Part shown: piece after piece, positions 25,395-39,929 of the stretch
Position numbering within the stretch: position 1 is the stretch's first letter
Layout of the letters: every line of letters starts with the position of its first letter
Origin: Octopus vulgaris
Lineage: Eukaryota
DNA length: 64,000 nt
Assembly: GCA_951406725.2 (NCBI GenBank)
Contig: OX597819.1
Span: forward strand, 20,894,001 to 20,958,000
Reading direction: 5' to 3'
Notes under the pieces: generated by a model
The model's input: the letters and a program-made list of their open reading frames with translations, nothing else
Databases searched by the model: none
What the model was told of the DNA's origin: nothing
Translations under genes and position numbers: made by a program

Positions 25395-26822
25395 ACAGAA
25401 AATTTGGACCTCAAAACTCTCTGCATTCAATAGAACAGTAGCCCACAATGCGCTTGCAGTGCCAGTACTCATACCAACATTTGGGCTATTTGATTGGACG
25501 CTTCATGAGATCCGAGCCATTGATGTGAAAATCCGAAAAATACTGACAATCAGACATAATTTCCACATAAACAGTGACGTAGACCACCTCTACCTAAAAC
25601 GAAAACAAGGTAGAGAGGTTTAACATGAATCCAAAATATCTTTGAATGTCGCATCATATTCCTTCGGCAACATTTAACCACCAAGTGTCGAAGTGCATCC
25701 CTCGACCAAATTTGCATACATGAGACTGATAACATCATAAGACTACGTGGAAGGCAGCTCCTTCAGCAATATTCTTTGCTCGATAACCAAGAATACATGC
25801 CCAAAGAAGTGGCAAGACTCTACCGCAACGGATCATTTGATAAAAGGATGAGCCAATATGAGCAGAAGACTATGCCTGGATACGTTAGTAGAAAACTGCG
25901 TGATGATAGTAACATTGATTATCAAAGCAGTTTATCATGGACCAATAGCCGGATTACTACCTTCCACTTTGAAGGGTATACGTTTGCAATCCAGGAACAA
26001 GTAATATCAACCAAAAACCTGATGTACCACCAAAGGGATAGAGATGCAGAAAAGACCATAAAATGGGACAACCGATGCAGGCTTTGTGGATTTCACCCTG
26101 AAGATATTACCCACATCATGAGCAGTTGTCCGGAAATATATTCATGGTAATATCTACCGATGAGATATGAGGTTGTAGCTAGGAAGCTCTATGAAATCCG
26201 TCGGGAGGATAATACCGAGGATAAAGAAATAAAACCCCACAATATGATAGAAGCCACAGCCACTCATAATAAAAAGGGACACTGGTGGAATGTACATTTG
26301 AAGGCCTCAATAAAATGTAAACACAACAGACTTGATGTAATGATTTGGGATAGAGAAGAGAAACTGTGCACATCGGAAATTAACATTATGCTGAAGATCA
26401 GTGAAAAAGAGAACACCTATGATGAACTATTGAGAAATCTGCAGTTACTCTATCCTGATTACAAGTTCTGGCTTATACATGTAATTATTGGGGCCCTGAG
26501 ATGTGTAACACACTGCCTAAATTCCAATCTTGTGAAATTAAGCTTCTCAAAACTAGAAAGAAGAAAGATTATGTCGAAGACTGCAGATCCAGTCCATCAC
26601 TGGAACTGTAAAAATTTGTAAAACTTACCTGAAATTTATAATTTAAATATATATGGGCATGTCTAGATATGCAACTATATACATGAGAATATATACATAA
26701 AACATACAAATCTGCACATACATACAAAAATACATTCTTCTTGATGTTGAAATACCATGGGTCTAGGTTAGAATCCAGTTCTTTCTCTTTTGGCAAAATA
26801 TCTTGAAAGAATCTGAATAATG
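25395..26822 (+). mobile_element. 5'-truncated R4/Dong-type non-LTR retrotransposon with restriction-like endonuclease, decayed
   Basis: AIQEQVISTKN, CCHC knuckle CRLCGFHPEDITHIMSSC, RYEVVA (RHD-like), HNRLDVMIWD (RPD-like), EKENTY (K..KY-like), VIIGAL; upstream AVPVLIPTFG..DWT; contains stops and frameshifts. Confidence 0.85.
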
Positions 26823-27257
26823 ACATAAACACACACACTACATATTACGTAGACCCGGTGGGAGTATTAATGTCGTTTAGGAGAATGACCAAACGTAATA
26901 TTTTAGCTACTTCGCCAAGGAGGCATGAAATTTCTACGAGACACGAGTAGTTGAGATTCTGAGATCGGTCACATGCTTCCCTACTAAACTGATGTGATAT
27001 CATTTCAGAAGTGGAGACGCTTACCATTATGTCTATTCTATATATTTGTTTGCTGCTCTATGTTTAAATCAATGAAAATATATTCACTGCATCTTAACAT
27101 GTTCTGGATGATCACGGATAAAATGTTTGTAGTACAGAAGGAGAAATCTGAAGGTGAACTGTAATGGCAATGATAATAGCAACCTAGTAGGCAAATTTTA
27201 AAAAAAAGGATTGAAAATGTATTCATTAATTTTGATTTTGATGTTTTGAGACAGTTT

Positions 27258-27632
27258 AAGTTGGTGAGCTGACAGATATTACCACAGCATTAAGGCTGCT
27301 GAGATGCATCTTCCGTCTTTTTCGTTCTGACTTCAAATTCTGCCGAGCTCGAATTTGTCTTCATCCTTTCGGGGTAGATAAAAGATGCAGTAGCTAAGGA
27401 TTAGAGTCGGTTTTTAATTCATTTTCCCTCTACCCCGAAAAGACTGTTTATAAGGCGATGAACGGGCAGAATTATTAGCATGCCGGTCAAAATGCTTAGC
27501 AGCATTTCGTCCGTCTTTATATTCCGAGTTCAAATGCCGCCGAGGCCGATTTTATCTTTCATCCATCTTAAGACGATAAAATAACTACCCTTTGAACACT
27601 AGGGTCGTTATAATCGGTTTACCCTCCCCAAA
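27258..27632 (+). mobile_element. Two tandem degenerate SINEs (family of 1463)
   Basis: tcatcctttcggggtagataaaa (~27361); second head aaggcgatgaacgggcaga...aatgcttagcagcatttcgtcc...gagttcaaat. Confidence 0.7.
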
Positions 27633-28509
27633 TCAATATTAGGACTATCCTGTTGAAGGATCTATATGCGGTTTCAATGGCGGATAATTGACAGAGATCC
27701 AATGGAGGCCTCCTGAACGTGACACCGTTCGGTCACACGTTTAACTTCCCAAATTTTAGTGCAACTCATTTTCGAGTGACAGGACTGGAGTAACATCTAA
27801 TGAAATGTGTTAATGAAGAACACCGACCGGCCAGTCTGGGAATCGAAACCAGTTCGTGATTGCAACTCTCTAATCGCTAGGACGCGTGATTTAACCGACA
27901 CACGTTGGCATTGCTAAAATATTGATATTTCTAAGAATTAATGAAACCCTTATAAATAACATAAAAAGATGAACCGACCACCTATCAGTCCTCAAAAGAA
28001 ATATAATATTATTATAGAAATAAATATCTCATAAAAACCGAGAATTGTCTCCAAATTTAGCCAAAAGATAAAATTACTGTTTTTCAAAATGTAATTGCAA
28101 TATGCAGACAATCTGGTTGAATAGAACAATAGCATTCGACTATCGAGTAAGTAGAGGTCATTGATCAATTGTATTAGCACTGATCTGTAATAACATGTGA
28201 CTAGAAATTCTTAACAGACGTCTGCTGGGTATGGGAAAGAATTACATCGTTTCAAATAGATGCGAGTCGTGAAAGCATCATTCTTTTGGGATATGTATGT
28301 CGTTTCTCTATACATGCGTATATATATGTATGTATGTTTGTGTGTCTTTGACTGTGTATATGGATATATGTATGTACATATGAATATGTGAATATACATG
28401 TCAGCACATAAAAATGTATTCGTGCGCGTATACATACACATATATCTAAATATGTGAGATTATTTCATACAATTTATTCTTGTAATGTAAATGCTGAGAA
28501 GCATTTACA

Positions 28510-28540
<31 letters not shown>

Positions 28541-28572
28541 AGATATGCATACACGCTTGGATACATATGCAG

Positions 28573-28603
<31 letters not shown>

Positions 28604-28677
28604 TGCATACACGCTTTGACACATATGCAGATATATATATGTATATATATATATACATGTTTAGACACATATGCAGA

Positions 28678-28743
<66 letters not shown>

Positions 28744-29027
28744 TGCATACACGCTTAGACACATATGCATATATATAACCATACACTTATATGAGAATGT
28801 TTTAGTATTGATTTATTAAGTATGTAACAAAAATTTTATTCGAGTTTGCACAGCTGAATCCTCTTATTTGTTAGGGAAGGATCATAAGTTTTGACAAATG
28901 AGAATGTCGATCCACTGGGAAGAGAAGTTGCTAGAGTTATATGAAGTGAAATGCAACCGTGAAGACATAAATGTGTCTGGCTTCAACATTTGGACATACT
29001 GAATTGCGACATCTATGTGTGTGTGTG

Positions 29028-29065
<38 letters not shown>

Positions 29066-32000
29066 TGTTAAACCGGACACCAAACATTAAACCAAGGCAA
29101 AAATCTTAAAATATAATCATAGGAAGAAATTCAAAATCTTACATCTGCTTCTGGGATATCCTAAAGTATGGCATGTTCCGTCATCAGACACAAAATGATA
29201 GATAGATAGAAAAATCCATGTATATATATATATATATACATGTACGCACACATACGCATATATAAATTGATCTGAAGGCGCTGTATTCATCTCTGCGCAT
29301 CTATATACCTATATATGTACTTGTGTATATGCGTGTGTGGTTTATATTTATACATACTCTATATATGTGGAATCTCTTTTAATCGTTCAGTCTTTTCTTC
29401 ATCCAGTCTCACTGCTACCCTTTTAGTTCATCGATGCAATGTTGTATGTCATCGAGGAATCTTTTCCTTTTATGCAACTATACCAATGGATGTCTCGGGA
29501 AGATGTGTCTAATATGATGTATAAACCGTTGCATTGATGGATCTACCAAACTCCTTGGATATTCTATGTCTGGAGACCTAGTTCTGGAGGTGTATTTTGC
29601 AACTATGTAAGAACGGCTTTGTAATCGCCTCATTGCTGTAGCTTTCTTAGTCCTCCAACCCATCCAGTTGTTACTGCGTTCCATTGTTCTCTTCCAATAA
29701 TCAATTTCCTATTAGGGACACAAAATTTGATGGGAGTGACTTCAGATCATTTGAGGAGTTCACTTTCTTATTCAGTAAAGGAGCTGTTGTATATTTCAAC
29801 AATTACTTCCCCATTTTCGTATCTCTTGTTTCGTATTAACTTTGGTTAAAATTGAAGATATTAACGTTGTACTGTCGGCCTTGGAGAATATTAGATAACG
29901 TGGGGAAAGTGTGCCTTCTTACTTTAATCCCACAAACACTTCAAATAATTTATTCAGCTATTTTTATCAGGACACGGTCAATATTGTTTATGAAGAGCCT
30001 CCATAATTTATACAAATTTCTGTCCATCCATATTGCTGTATGTATCCTTCAGAATAGAAAGCAAGCTATACCATATAAATTTGCGAAGATACTGATATTG
30101 TCGATCAACTAGAATCTTCCCTACACTTGATGTTTTCTATATGCCTCTCTATAGATTTCTCTCTCTAAAAAAATCTAACTTTAGCATTGCCTATGTTAGA
30201 TCTAAAATAAAATTGCTCGTGAGTGTTTTCACCCAAGGCAATTCCAGAGCGAAGAGTATTCCACATCTGCACGTCATAGCAGTGAATCGCTGATGAAGAC
30301 AATATGTAATGTGCTTTTCGATTTGTTTCATAAATCAAATGACCTGAACCCGAAGAGAAAGCGAAAAAGATTGGGTGTCGGTGCGTGAAGAGACTACTCT
30401 AAACACAGTCTCTCAAAGTGTCCTTCTTCAAATGTCTATTATTCTTCATAACCAAACTACCCAACCTATTAGTTTCATCTCAGGACATACGAAGAGAGGC
30501 GTCCTCAAATTATCTCGGTAACATATTTACGAACAAGGAATGTAAATAGACTTAACAACGAGTATCACCTATGATAAATTTCGCCAAATAAATGGCGAAA
30601 TATAAAATTTATGGCCATGGTACCTATGAAACCAATTGGGACACAATCACACCTTAAGGATTTGAAGTAGTAAGTTGTATTGTCATATATTTCTATAGAA
30701 CAAGTATCAATAAATCACTCAAAGAACAGTAATTGATAGTTGATAAAGTATTTGCGTAAGACATCAAATCATGATAGTAAAACTATGAGAGGTTATAAGT
30801 GCCTCAATATTGTCAATAGAATCGTAGCCATTTTCCACATCTATGGTTCATTCTCAAAGTATCAAATGAATTGTCTGTCGACCTACTTGTATAAATATAA
30901 GACAATTGCAACAAAATATTTCATACTGTCATCTGCGATATCTATTTGAAATTAGAAGACAAATACAAGAACTGGTTAAATGTTAGAGATGTATAGCCTT
31001 AGGAAAGAAAACGAGCGAGAAGCCACTATGTACACATAAGGAAAAGGATGTCGCAGGCGCCGAGGAGGTTTCGGTGTCTCGGTTACTCTGGAACCACTGC
31101 AGTTCACAAAGCTTCACTTGGGAATCCACTATAATTCTGTAACAGTTTTGTTGGTCTGGGTGCTAGGTTAGAGCGAAAAGGATTTGCCGGAATTCACATA
31201 ATTCTTAATGCTGTCCTGAGGGAAGAATTGATTTGAATTTGGGTATTGGTGAAGACTGGGTCACTGAGTCACTTTAGAAAATTATGATTGAATAATTTGG
31301 CATTTAAGACAGCTAAGATCTCTGAACCTGAGAGAAAGAATCACTCTGCCTTGACAGTAAGGTATTAGAAATAGAAAGAAGAATAACTTCAGTAGATAAT
31401 TATTTAATAAATAATATTGTTTGAGAGACTCGTCATACATAGGAGCTGGTGTTTCTTCGATATACAACACGGCTTTTTTCATCAACTGGAACTCAATACT
31501 TGTAAATAGTTTGTTGATTTTTGCGGGGAGGGGAGTGCATATACTGTATTTTACATGAACGGTTTAGTTTAAATTGCAACTACAATATTGCTAGTAATCA
31601 CACTTGAATCCAAATGACAAACAATTGCAAGAACCAATACTGAATGCAGTGATAAAAGAATACATCGCTGAAAAACGCATCGTATATTTCACATTGAAGA
31701 GAACTGCGTACAGGTGTATAATATAACGCTGCATAGTAATTGCTTGTACTGCTTCGAGGTTGGCTTGCTGGTTTTGATCCGATTTCAGTGATGCGGTATT
31801 TTGGACCGTTTAAAAATTTCTTGTATAACTGAAATGTAAACTACAATAATGAAATCCAAACACACTACATCATTTTCAAAATACACTTTACTTTATGTTT
31901 AACATGTTTATTTTATTCTTGTCGCCCTCAGCAATCTCTTGTCGTTGAAATCGTATGACAATAATCTCTTTAATTCTCCAATAAGCTGGATTTCGTTTCG

Positions 32001-32559
32001 TTATTATATTTTTGTATTTCATTAGCCTTGGCGCGGTAATGACATGACTTTGATATATTTTTTGTCACATACTTGGTCATAATCTACCTTAATTCCCAAT
32101 TAAACCAGATTCCGTATACGTTGGCGGTGTATCACTTGTAAAGTATTCCTTTTGTCTAGCCAATAAAATATTCTGCAAGTCTATCTTAATTCAAACCAGC
32201 AACTTTAACTGTACTTAATTAAGGTTTTCTGCTGAAAAATACAAAAATATCATCTATGCTGTTTCCTTCCAGTCATTTTTAAAAATTTCTAGATACTAGA
32301 AAAAGAAATCTACGAATACACCCACTCCAAAAACAGACACAGCTGCTGCATGTATTAGAGACATTTCAGGCAATAAAGCAGTATAGATACGAAGAAAATA
32401 TTTCAATGCGGTCTTTTTAACTACTTAAACTAATACTGAATGTTTCCTTAATACAAAACTCTACAGGCTAAAAGGAAAGAAGGACAAACCCCAAATCATT
32501 TACAATTCATAGAAAGCAAAACAAAAACTGCTACTGTAAAACATATCAAAGGATAATCA

Positions 32560-33052
32560 ATGCTGTGATGCAGTACCAGACAGTGGCTCTCTTGGCTTCT
32601 GATCTTAACTGATTAGGCGTTATATCATGTACATTGTTTTGTCTTGGGATAAAAGCTGGACTGCAGTAAATATTCTGCTCAGTATCCCAAATTAGCGAGT
32701 CAGTTGCTTGACCTTAAGCAGTTGAGTAGTGGGGGATCATCATAGCGCCATGTTTTGATAGAAATTCTTTTTCGCTTTGAAGTTTTAAAATGCTCCACTT
32801 GAGCTATGGGTGTTTCATTCAATACACTTAAACAATCCTTATTCGGCGATCTTTTGATCGAGATGGGCTATTCGACCTGACAAAAATTCTAACGAGGCCT
32901 CATCTGCAAGGTCATGGGCTATTTATCTTGATATGAGATCACCATGTCGCACACATCCGACTGAGATGAATGTGCCTGGTGTACACTTAAAAGACGGGTA
33001 GTCATGATGGGTATATTGGCTTTCGTATATTTGTACTCCAGTGTCACTTTGA
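32560..33052. repeat. Unclassified interspersed repeat
   Basis: Segment ~32668-32727 (aaatattctgctca...gttgcttgaccttaa) recurs inverted at ~24841-24907. Confidence 0.45.
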
Positions 33053-33493
33053 ATGCATCCGATGGATCTAACAAAATGCGTTAAGGCTTCGATAAAAAAT
33101 GGTAAAAGTTTAGAAAAGTGCTTCAGATTGAGAGAAATGTAAAAGAAATTGCTCTCACCTGTATGATCGGAGCCGCGAGGTCAGGGGTGATTTAAGTCTA
33201 ACCATAAAGGTCAATAACATTCAACCAAACAAATAACCAGCTAGATCCTCTATCGATACTACCAGACCCTACTTTTCTAATATGAATAAGCTTCTTCCAA
33301 TAGTCAGAATCACAGATTACTGTTTATGTAGAAATTTGTAGACATTAAAATCGAACTGAATACGTTTTTTTTATTCTCATTTCAATATATCGAAGAAGAA
33401 TGGTGTAAAACTTTACACTCGAGGCGGCTACGGAAACGCAGACCGTTATTGTACCCATCAATTTATCAGTTATAGCAGTCTAATTATTTCATA

Positions 33494-33683
33494 TAATGCA
33501 AATATTTAGGGAAGTAAATTAATTAAATCGATTAGAGTAATGCAAATATTTAGGGAAGTAAATTAGTTAAATCGATTAGAGTATCATAGTGGTGGTTTAC
33601 TGAGATCATTAGCATTTGAGATCCTTGGCGTTTGAGATCCTTGGCATTTGAGATCATTGGCGTTTGAGATCCTTGGCATTTGA
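33494..33683. repeat. 44-bp tandem duplication followed by five copies of a 16-bp minisatellite
   Basis: taatgcaaatatttagggaagtaaatta.ttaaatcgattagag at 33494 and 33538; tgagatc(a/c)tt(a/g)gc(a/g)tt x5 from 33601. Confidence 0.9.
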
Positions 33684-34747
33684 ATTGAAAAATTAGAATG
33701 GTATAAGGAACTGACTAAACATTGTACTTGTCGCCGGAATATCTGATATCAATTTAAGGTTTTATGGGGAAATGCATTTTTGGCAACCAAAAGTAGTATG
33801 TATGATTAAAAATATATAAATGAAACACCACATCCATGAATAAATATATTTCTCGCATAGAGGTTAATTAGAAAATCCCCAAACTTGTTAATCGAAAATG
33901 TTCATCGGCTTTAATTGAAAATGTAATTTGCTAAGTGAAAATGTTCATAGATAATTGAAAAGCTTTATCGTGATTAATTGAAAATGTTTATTGTTAATTG
34001 AAGATGTTTATCGCTGTATTTGTAATGCTTATTATTTTAGAATAAAGATGACAATTATTAATTTATCATTTCCAAATAACCTGTCCTGTTTTGGAACATG
34101 CATGGACGGAAGTTAAACACAACGTTTACCATTCATTACATCGTCAAATGCTAAGTAACAATATATAAACATGACTTACACAAGGGGTAAAATCAAATTT
34201 GTTATGCTTTCTGTGTATCACAAACTGCTAGAAATAAGCATTCATAGCTGGCGGGTCGGATTGGTCAAGGACTACTAGGGTTGCCACTGGGAAAATTTAT
34301 AACCAGTCACTGACAACAACAACAACAATTCGCCGATTACACCATCAAAAACCAATGTTTGCAAGAAATTACTTCTGCATTTTGCTCTAATAACATGTTT
34401 CCATCTTAAAATATAAAATACAAAATTAGTTGACCCTTAATAATGTTTAGTCTTGTTTGTAATCACATGAATCATGCTCTGTCGATCAGTCTTGACATAG
34501 GGTTTATCAAAACACAAGCAAAATTAGGCATTAGTCAATCATGGGTCCATCACGTGGCTGCTCGATGTGCTGGAAATAACAGCGACACTGGATTCTGTTG
34601 AACGATTTTTCTTAATACGAGTGTCGACTTAAATCTCACTGGTAAATGCTTTATTTAACATGAAATTAAAAATATTTCACTTGTAATAATAAAGTTTTAC
34701 AGTCTTAAGAGGGTAAGAAAAACTGAAGTGTATCTCTCTCTCTCTCT

Positions 34748-35157
34748 CTTTTTTCTCTTTTACTTGTTTCAGTCATTTGACTGCGGCCATGCTGGAGCAC
34801 CGCCTTTAGTCGAGCAAATCGACCCCGGGACTTATTCTTTGTAAGCCCAGTACTTATTCTATCGGTCTCTTTTGCCGAACCGCTAAGTGACGGGGACGTA
34901 AACACACCAGCATCGGTTGTCAAGCAATGCTAGGGGGACAAACACAGACACACAAACATATACACACACACACTTATATATATATACATATATACGACTG
35001 GCTTCTTTCAGTTTCCGTCTACCAAATCCACTCACAAGGCATTGGTCGGCCCGGGGCTATAGCAGAAGACACTTGCCCAAGAGGCCACGCAGTGGGACTG
35101 AACCCGGAACCATGTGGTTGGTTAGCAAGCTACTTACCACACAGCCACTCCTGCGCC
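34748..35157 (-). mobile_element. Full-length SINE, near-identical inverted counterpart of 22374-22789
   Basis: Reverse complement aligns end to end; about 3 differences counted by eye in the first ~165 nt. Confidence 0.9.
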
Positions 35158-36326
35158 TCTATGTGCAATATCTATGTGCAATATCTTTCAATATCTTTCT
35201 CATTTGTTGATAAATATTTGCCGCTGTTTCTGCCAGTTCAATCATGATCGCGCGCGCACAACAACACACGAACTCACACGTGTTTATACACAAGACTGTA
35301 TGTGTATATGTGAGTGCGTGAACGTGTGTGTATGCGTGGGAGTGTGTGCGTGACAGGCATTTCAGAAATATAAACACTGCAAAGTGATAATTCTGTCTAT
35401 TCTTAAGACAGTCTCAGATAATTTTCAACAATCACATTTGGCTATCTAGGTCGTACCATCTCTTCTCTACATCTAATTATCAGATCTCCTTCAACGCTTT
35501 GAGAGCGCCTATGAACGTCTTATATATGGAAAGCAATATTAAATTATGTACTTAGAAATACAGATAAAGTATGTTATATTGAACTGACAGTTAGTTAGAT
35601 ATTACGTCTGCTAAATATTCCTTACAACATCGCATGGTCAAGATTTTGCTTTGATAATATCTACTATACTTAGCTATAAGGCAATAAATGTCTTGTATTT
35701 CTCTACTTTGGAAAGTTTGGCACACACGAACCGGCGAAATGTTCATGTAATTAAATAGTTCTTTATTCTAATCTGTCTGTACAGATAGTTACGACGGCGC
35801 CATATTTCCTGTTGACGTTTCTAGGAAAATTTCACTCGGTTAATTTACACACGAATCACGCTTTATGTTAACATACTATTTAACGATGAATTTCATATGG
35901 CGTAGGTGTGTAACACAAAAACGTTTCTTTGATATCGATACAGTAATTTCAAGTATGTTTATTGACCAATGCATTCATGCTTCACAATATTTCAAATGAT
36001 ATTTCTAATCAAGTAGACATCGTACGATTGGATGACTTGTAAATTTACTTGGCACGCCGTACACTGGCCACCGAGTAATGTCCGTACATTATAAAGTTTC
36101 TGTTGTTCTCCTAGATTATAAATTCCATTACTAATGTAACGTTCAATGTATGAACTTGTACATGGATGTACTTATACGTATGTTTCTTTATATGTAAATA
36201 CATATGTTCATATATATATATATATATATATACATACACACACACACACACGCACACACATATATATATATATACACACACATACATATATGTGTATGTA
36301 TATACGTGTGTGCCTGTATGTGTGAG

Positions 36327-36358
<32 letters not shown>

Positions 36359-36524
36359 TATATATTTGTGTATATAGATATGGAAATATATATATATATA
36401 TGTACTTATATATTTCACTTAGGCATCAAACATGCATATACAATTATGCACTCATACACACACACACATATATATATATGTATATATATATCTGTGTGTA
36501 TATATATATATATATATAATATAG

Positions 36525-36557
<33 letters not shown>

Positions 36558-36940
36558 CTGAATGATAGCTCTATATGCAATATACTCGTGTTTAATTGTA
36601 TTTCTGGAGAGTGTATTTACATAAATGTCAAACTTATACTAGAGAACCCTTCGTTAAACCGTACCAACGCAGATGCGGGGCCTTAAAACAATTCGTTCTT
36701 TGAGGTCAGCAGTCATATAATGGATATTGAATATTCACGCCATATATACACACATTTTAAACTGAAAATGATAAACGTATCAAAGGAGAGAAAATACACG
36801 AAACATCACATTACAATATTCTATATATCAACATATGGTCAATACCATGTTTTACTATGTAAAAATCAAAATATGATATCCTCGTGAGAACTGAATCAAC
36901 AGCAACTGGAATATCAATAATATAAACCGGCTTAATAGGA

Positions 36941-37161
36941 CCATGTGCAGGCGCGTGGCTTAGTGGTTAGGGTGTCAGCACCATGATCGTCAGATTGTGG
37001 TTTCGATTCCTGGACTGGGCGACGCGTTGTGTTCTTGAACAAAGCAATTCATTTCACGTTGCTCCAGTCCACTCAGCTGGGGAACACATACGCCATAGAA
37101 ACCGTGAACCGAGACCATGAACCTGGCTAGGCTTTAGAAAGGGCGCATATATTTATTTATT
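36941..37161 (+). mobile_element. tRNA-derived SINE (another family) with 9-bp TSD
   Basis: A box tggcttagtgg, B box gtttcgattcc, gttgtgttcttgaacaaag...gctccagtccactcagctg, (attt)n tail; TSD ttaatagga at 36932-36940 and 37162-37170. Confidence 0.8.
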
Positions 37162-37179
37162 TTAATAGGAGCATAATTA

Positions 37180-37713
37180 GAATAATTCTTCAACTATCAT
37201 GGGTGCTACGTTCCAAAACACCCCGCGATAGGTGAAATTCCGCGAAGTAGAAACAACGCTGTATTGTATATATATTCTTTTTATTTTTGTAATTTGTATT
37301 CTTTCATTCTTTTACATGTTTCAGCCTTGAGTCTGTGGCCATGCTGGGGCACCAATTTATTTTATAAACACCACCACACATTCGCCTCCCAAATTTCGTT
37401 TTCCACACTGTATGTGTGATTCTTTGTTTACTCATCTACGGTGCCTTAGTATTTTCTTTGAATATATTTTAATTAATGTCATACAATTCGGCACTGTACT
37501 GTATTTCTATATATTAATTTCTGAATTTTTAGGCGTGGAAAGCTTATTGTAACACAGAAATAGTTAAAATCTAAAAAATATAAATACCTATCGCCCGCAG
37601 AAACTCGCGATTTACTGAGGAGCCCGCGATATAAATTTACATATATTAGCCAGAAAAATCCGTGATATGCTGAGGGCGCATTACGTGAACCGCGATATGG
37701 CGAGGGATTACTT
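37180..37713. mobile_element. Tigger/pogo-like MITE
   Basis: Right end ccgcgatatggcgagggattact; decayed left end taattcttcaactatcatgggtg; repeated ccgcga subterminal motifs; SINE-tail fragment inside (~37300-37353). Confidence 0.6.
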
Positions 37714-38234
37714 TGCTTTCAAGAATAAATTGAGTTTTCTTTATTTTGTTGTTTCTTCCGGATTTCCAGCTTCCTTGAGGCTCAACTATTTTTAATTATA
37801 TTGCAGAACATCAGATTTTGTTCCAAAGACAATGTTCATGAAATGATGTTATGAAGAAAGTTTCGAATAACAGAGTTTTTGTTTCAATTCAAATGTTCTT
37901 CGTCTTGTAATTTTGCTCTTAACTATTTAATTTTGCTTTTATACTATTTAATCATATATAATATCTATCTCTTTTATCTATATATAATATCACTAAAAAG
38001 AGAATTACTTCATGGATATTAGATATGTCGTCTGGAGAGCTCCCGGATGATTTTTGGCCCTTATTTTTCTCAATTATACCACCGACTGTCCAGTACTTTT
38101 GCTATATATTTGTTGATACTGACGAGCTATCATAGAATAACTTCTACAATATTTTTCAGTAGAGAGCAGAGAAATTACAAGACTCGGCTGAAGCATCAAT
38201 AGGCCGACTAAGATGCTGTCTTGGAATGACACCA

Positions 38235-38590
38235 AGTCAGGTTTATTTTCCAACGTAGACACCGCTTGCGGTCATATGATTCTTGGATACTATTAGTGAA
38301 GAAGCTTTCTTCTTATTGGTAAAAAAATTGTCATCAACAGTCGATAAGACGTCGTTATCTCTGCGACACTGGTTCGCAACCAAGTGTTTATTTCTGTTGG
38401 GGAACAGATGGTAGTTCGGTTGGCCAAATCAGGAGAATAGAGACGGTGATCTAACTGTTCGTACCCACAGTCCCGCGCATCAACGATTAAAATCAATGGC
38501 TTTGGTACTGAGTATGGACTTGATGAAACAAGGCCCCTTTCGTCAAGTTTCCTGGATGTTTGCTCTTGATAGCTTTTACTATCTAAAGCT
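38235..38590 (-). mobile_element. Mariner transposase 3' remnant
   Basis: GYEQLDHRLYSPDLA matches the mariner HPPYSPDLAP motif; frameshifted. Confidence 0.7.
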
Positions 38591-39184
38591 ACAAAAATGA
38601 TGATTCTAGATTAATTGCAAGTATAACGACGAATGTGCATCAAAATGGTGTCTACAACAAAGGACTGATAGAAATTCAGGTTCTCAGAAACAATAAGGAG
38701 GGCCTAATTAGCTTATTGAATGAACTGGTAGCAATCAAAATGAATTCACTACCAAATGGAGAAGGGATCCATGGGAGAATTCATCGCAAATCAAAATTAC
38801 AATTTTTGTGTTAAAACAACACGAACAGTCAATCGATTGATGGTACCGAATTTCAGTACTGGCCTGGCAGTCGTATGTCTTTCGGAAGTAGAATGTTGTA
38901 GAAAGTCATCAGAGTTCCGCAGGACCAGGAACTCTCTTTGGTTAAGGTGACTCATACATTTGCGGATGCATTATGCTTGCTTTTTATTAGGAAGACTAAT
39001 ATATTTCAGTATATTTTATTAGATTTTTGTAGCACGCCCTTGTTTACAATATACATATAAATATATCCGCATGTTGGTATTCAACCATTTATAACGAACA
39101 ATTTGTATTATAAAATTCTACCCTTTACCCATAGAGGATCATTACCATCATCACCACCATCATTATCTTTATCATCATAATAGA

Positions 39185-39189
<5 letters not shown>

Positions 39190-39232
<43 letters not shown>

Positions 39233-39254
39233 CTATTCTTATTTTTATAAGTTA

Positions 39255-39287
<33 letters not shown>

Positions 39288-39348
39288 GATTATTATTATT
39301 ATTGTTATTATGATTATTATTATTATTATGATTATTATTATTATTATG

Positions 39349-39390
<42 letters not shown>
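39190..39390. repeat. (TAA)n and (TTA)n tracts in inverted arrangement
   Basis: Direct reading. Confidence 0.9.
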
Positions 39391-39890
39391 CTCACACACG
39401 AAATATGTATTATGTTTGTTAAACTAAGAAATTTACTAAACACGAATTAAAACATAAAAATACTGAAAACCTGCTGCTTACAAGTTGACATTTGAAATAG
39501 AAATGTTTTATAAAACAAACAGGATGTTCTTGCTCACATCGCCAAATGTTACTCTCGATTTTAACCTACTGGGATTTCGATATCCCAAATTTATGGTGGT
39601 GTATTTTGTTTTTTAAATGATGAATATCTTAAATGCATATTAATATTTCACGATATCACATTCAGCTGAAATTTTTGACCTACTGCAACATAAATACAAA
39701 GAAATGATGAATTGGAACGTAACTATAAGGCACATCATTGAATAATAAAACGAGAAATAAACAAGAATATACTGGTGATATAATATAATTCAATACCGAC
39801 AAAATTATAGAATACGAAATATTATCATTATAGCATATAATACCATTCATACGCGGACGTGTATATAATATATATATATATATATAGACG

Positions 39891-39929
<39 letters not shown>

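Noticed and set aside
33601-33683. CRISPR-like array (also 52010-52250)
   Set aside because: Repeats are contiguous or degenerate without unique spacers, in a eukaryotic context with no cas genes.
38875-38915. Minus-strand CTGATGA...GAAA (similar cases near 42570-42600, 31065-31103 and 48020-48082)
   Set aside because: Missing stems or two core substitutions; compatible with chance.
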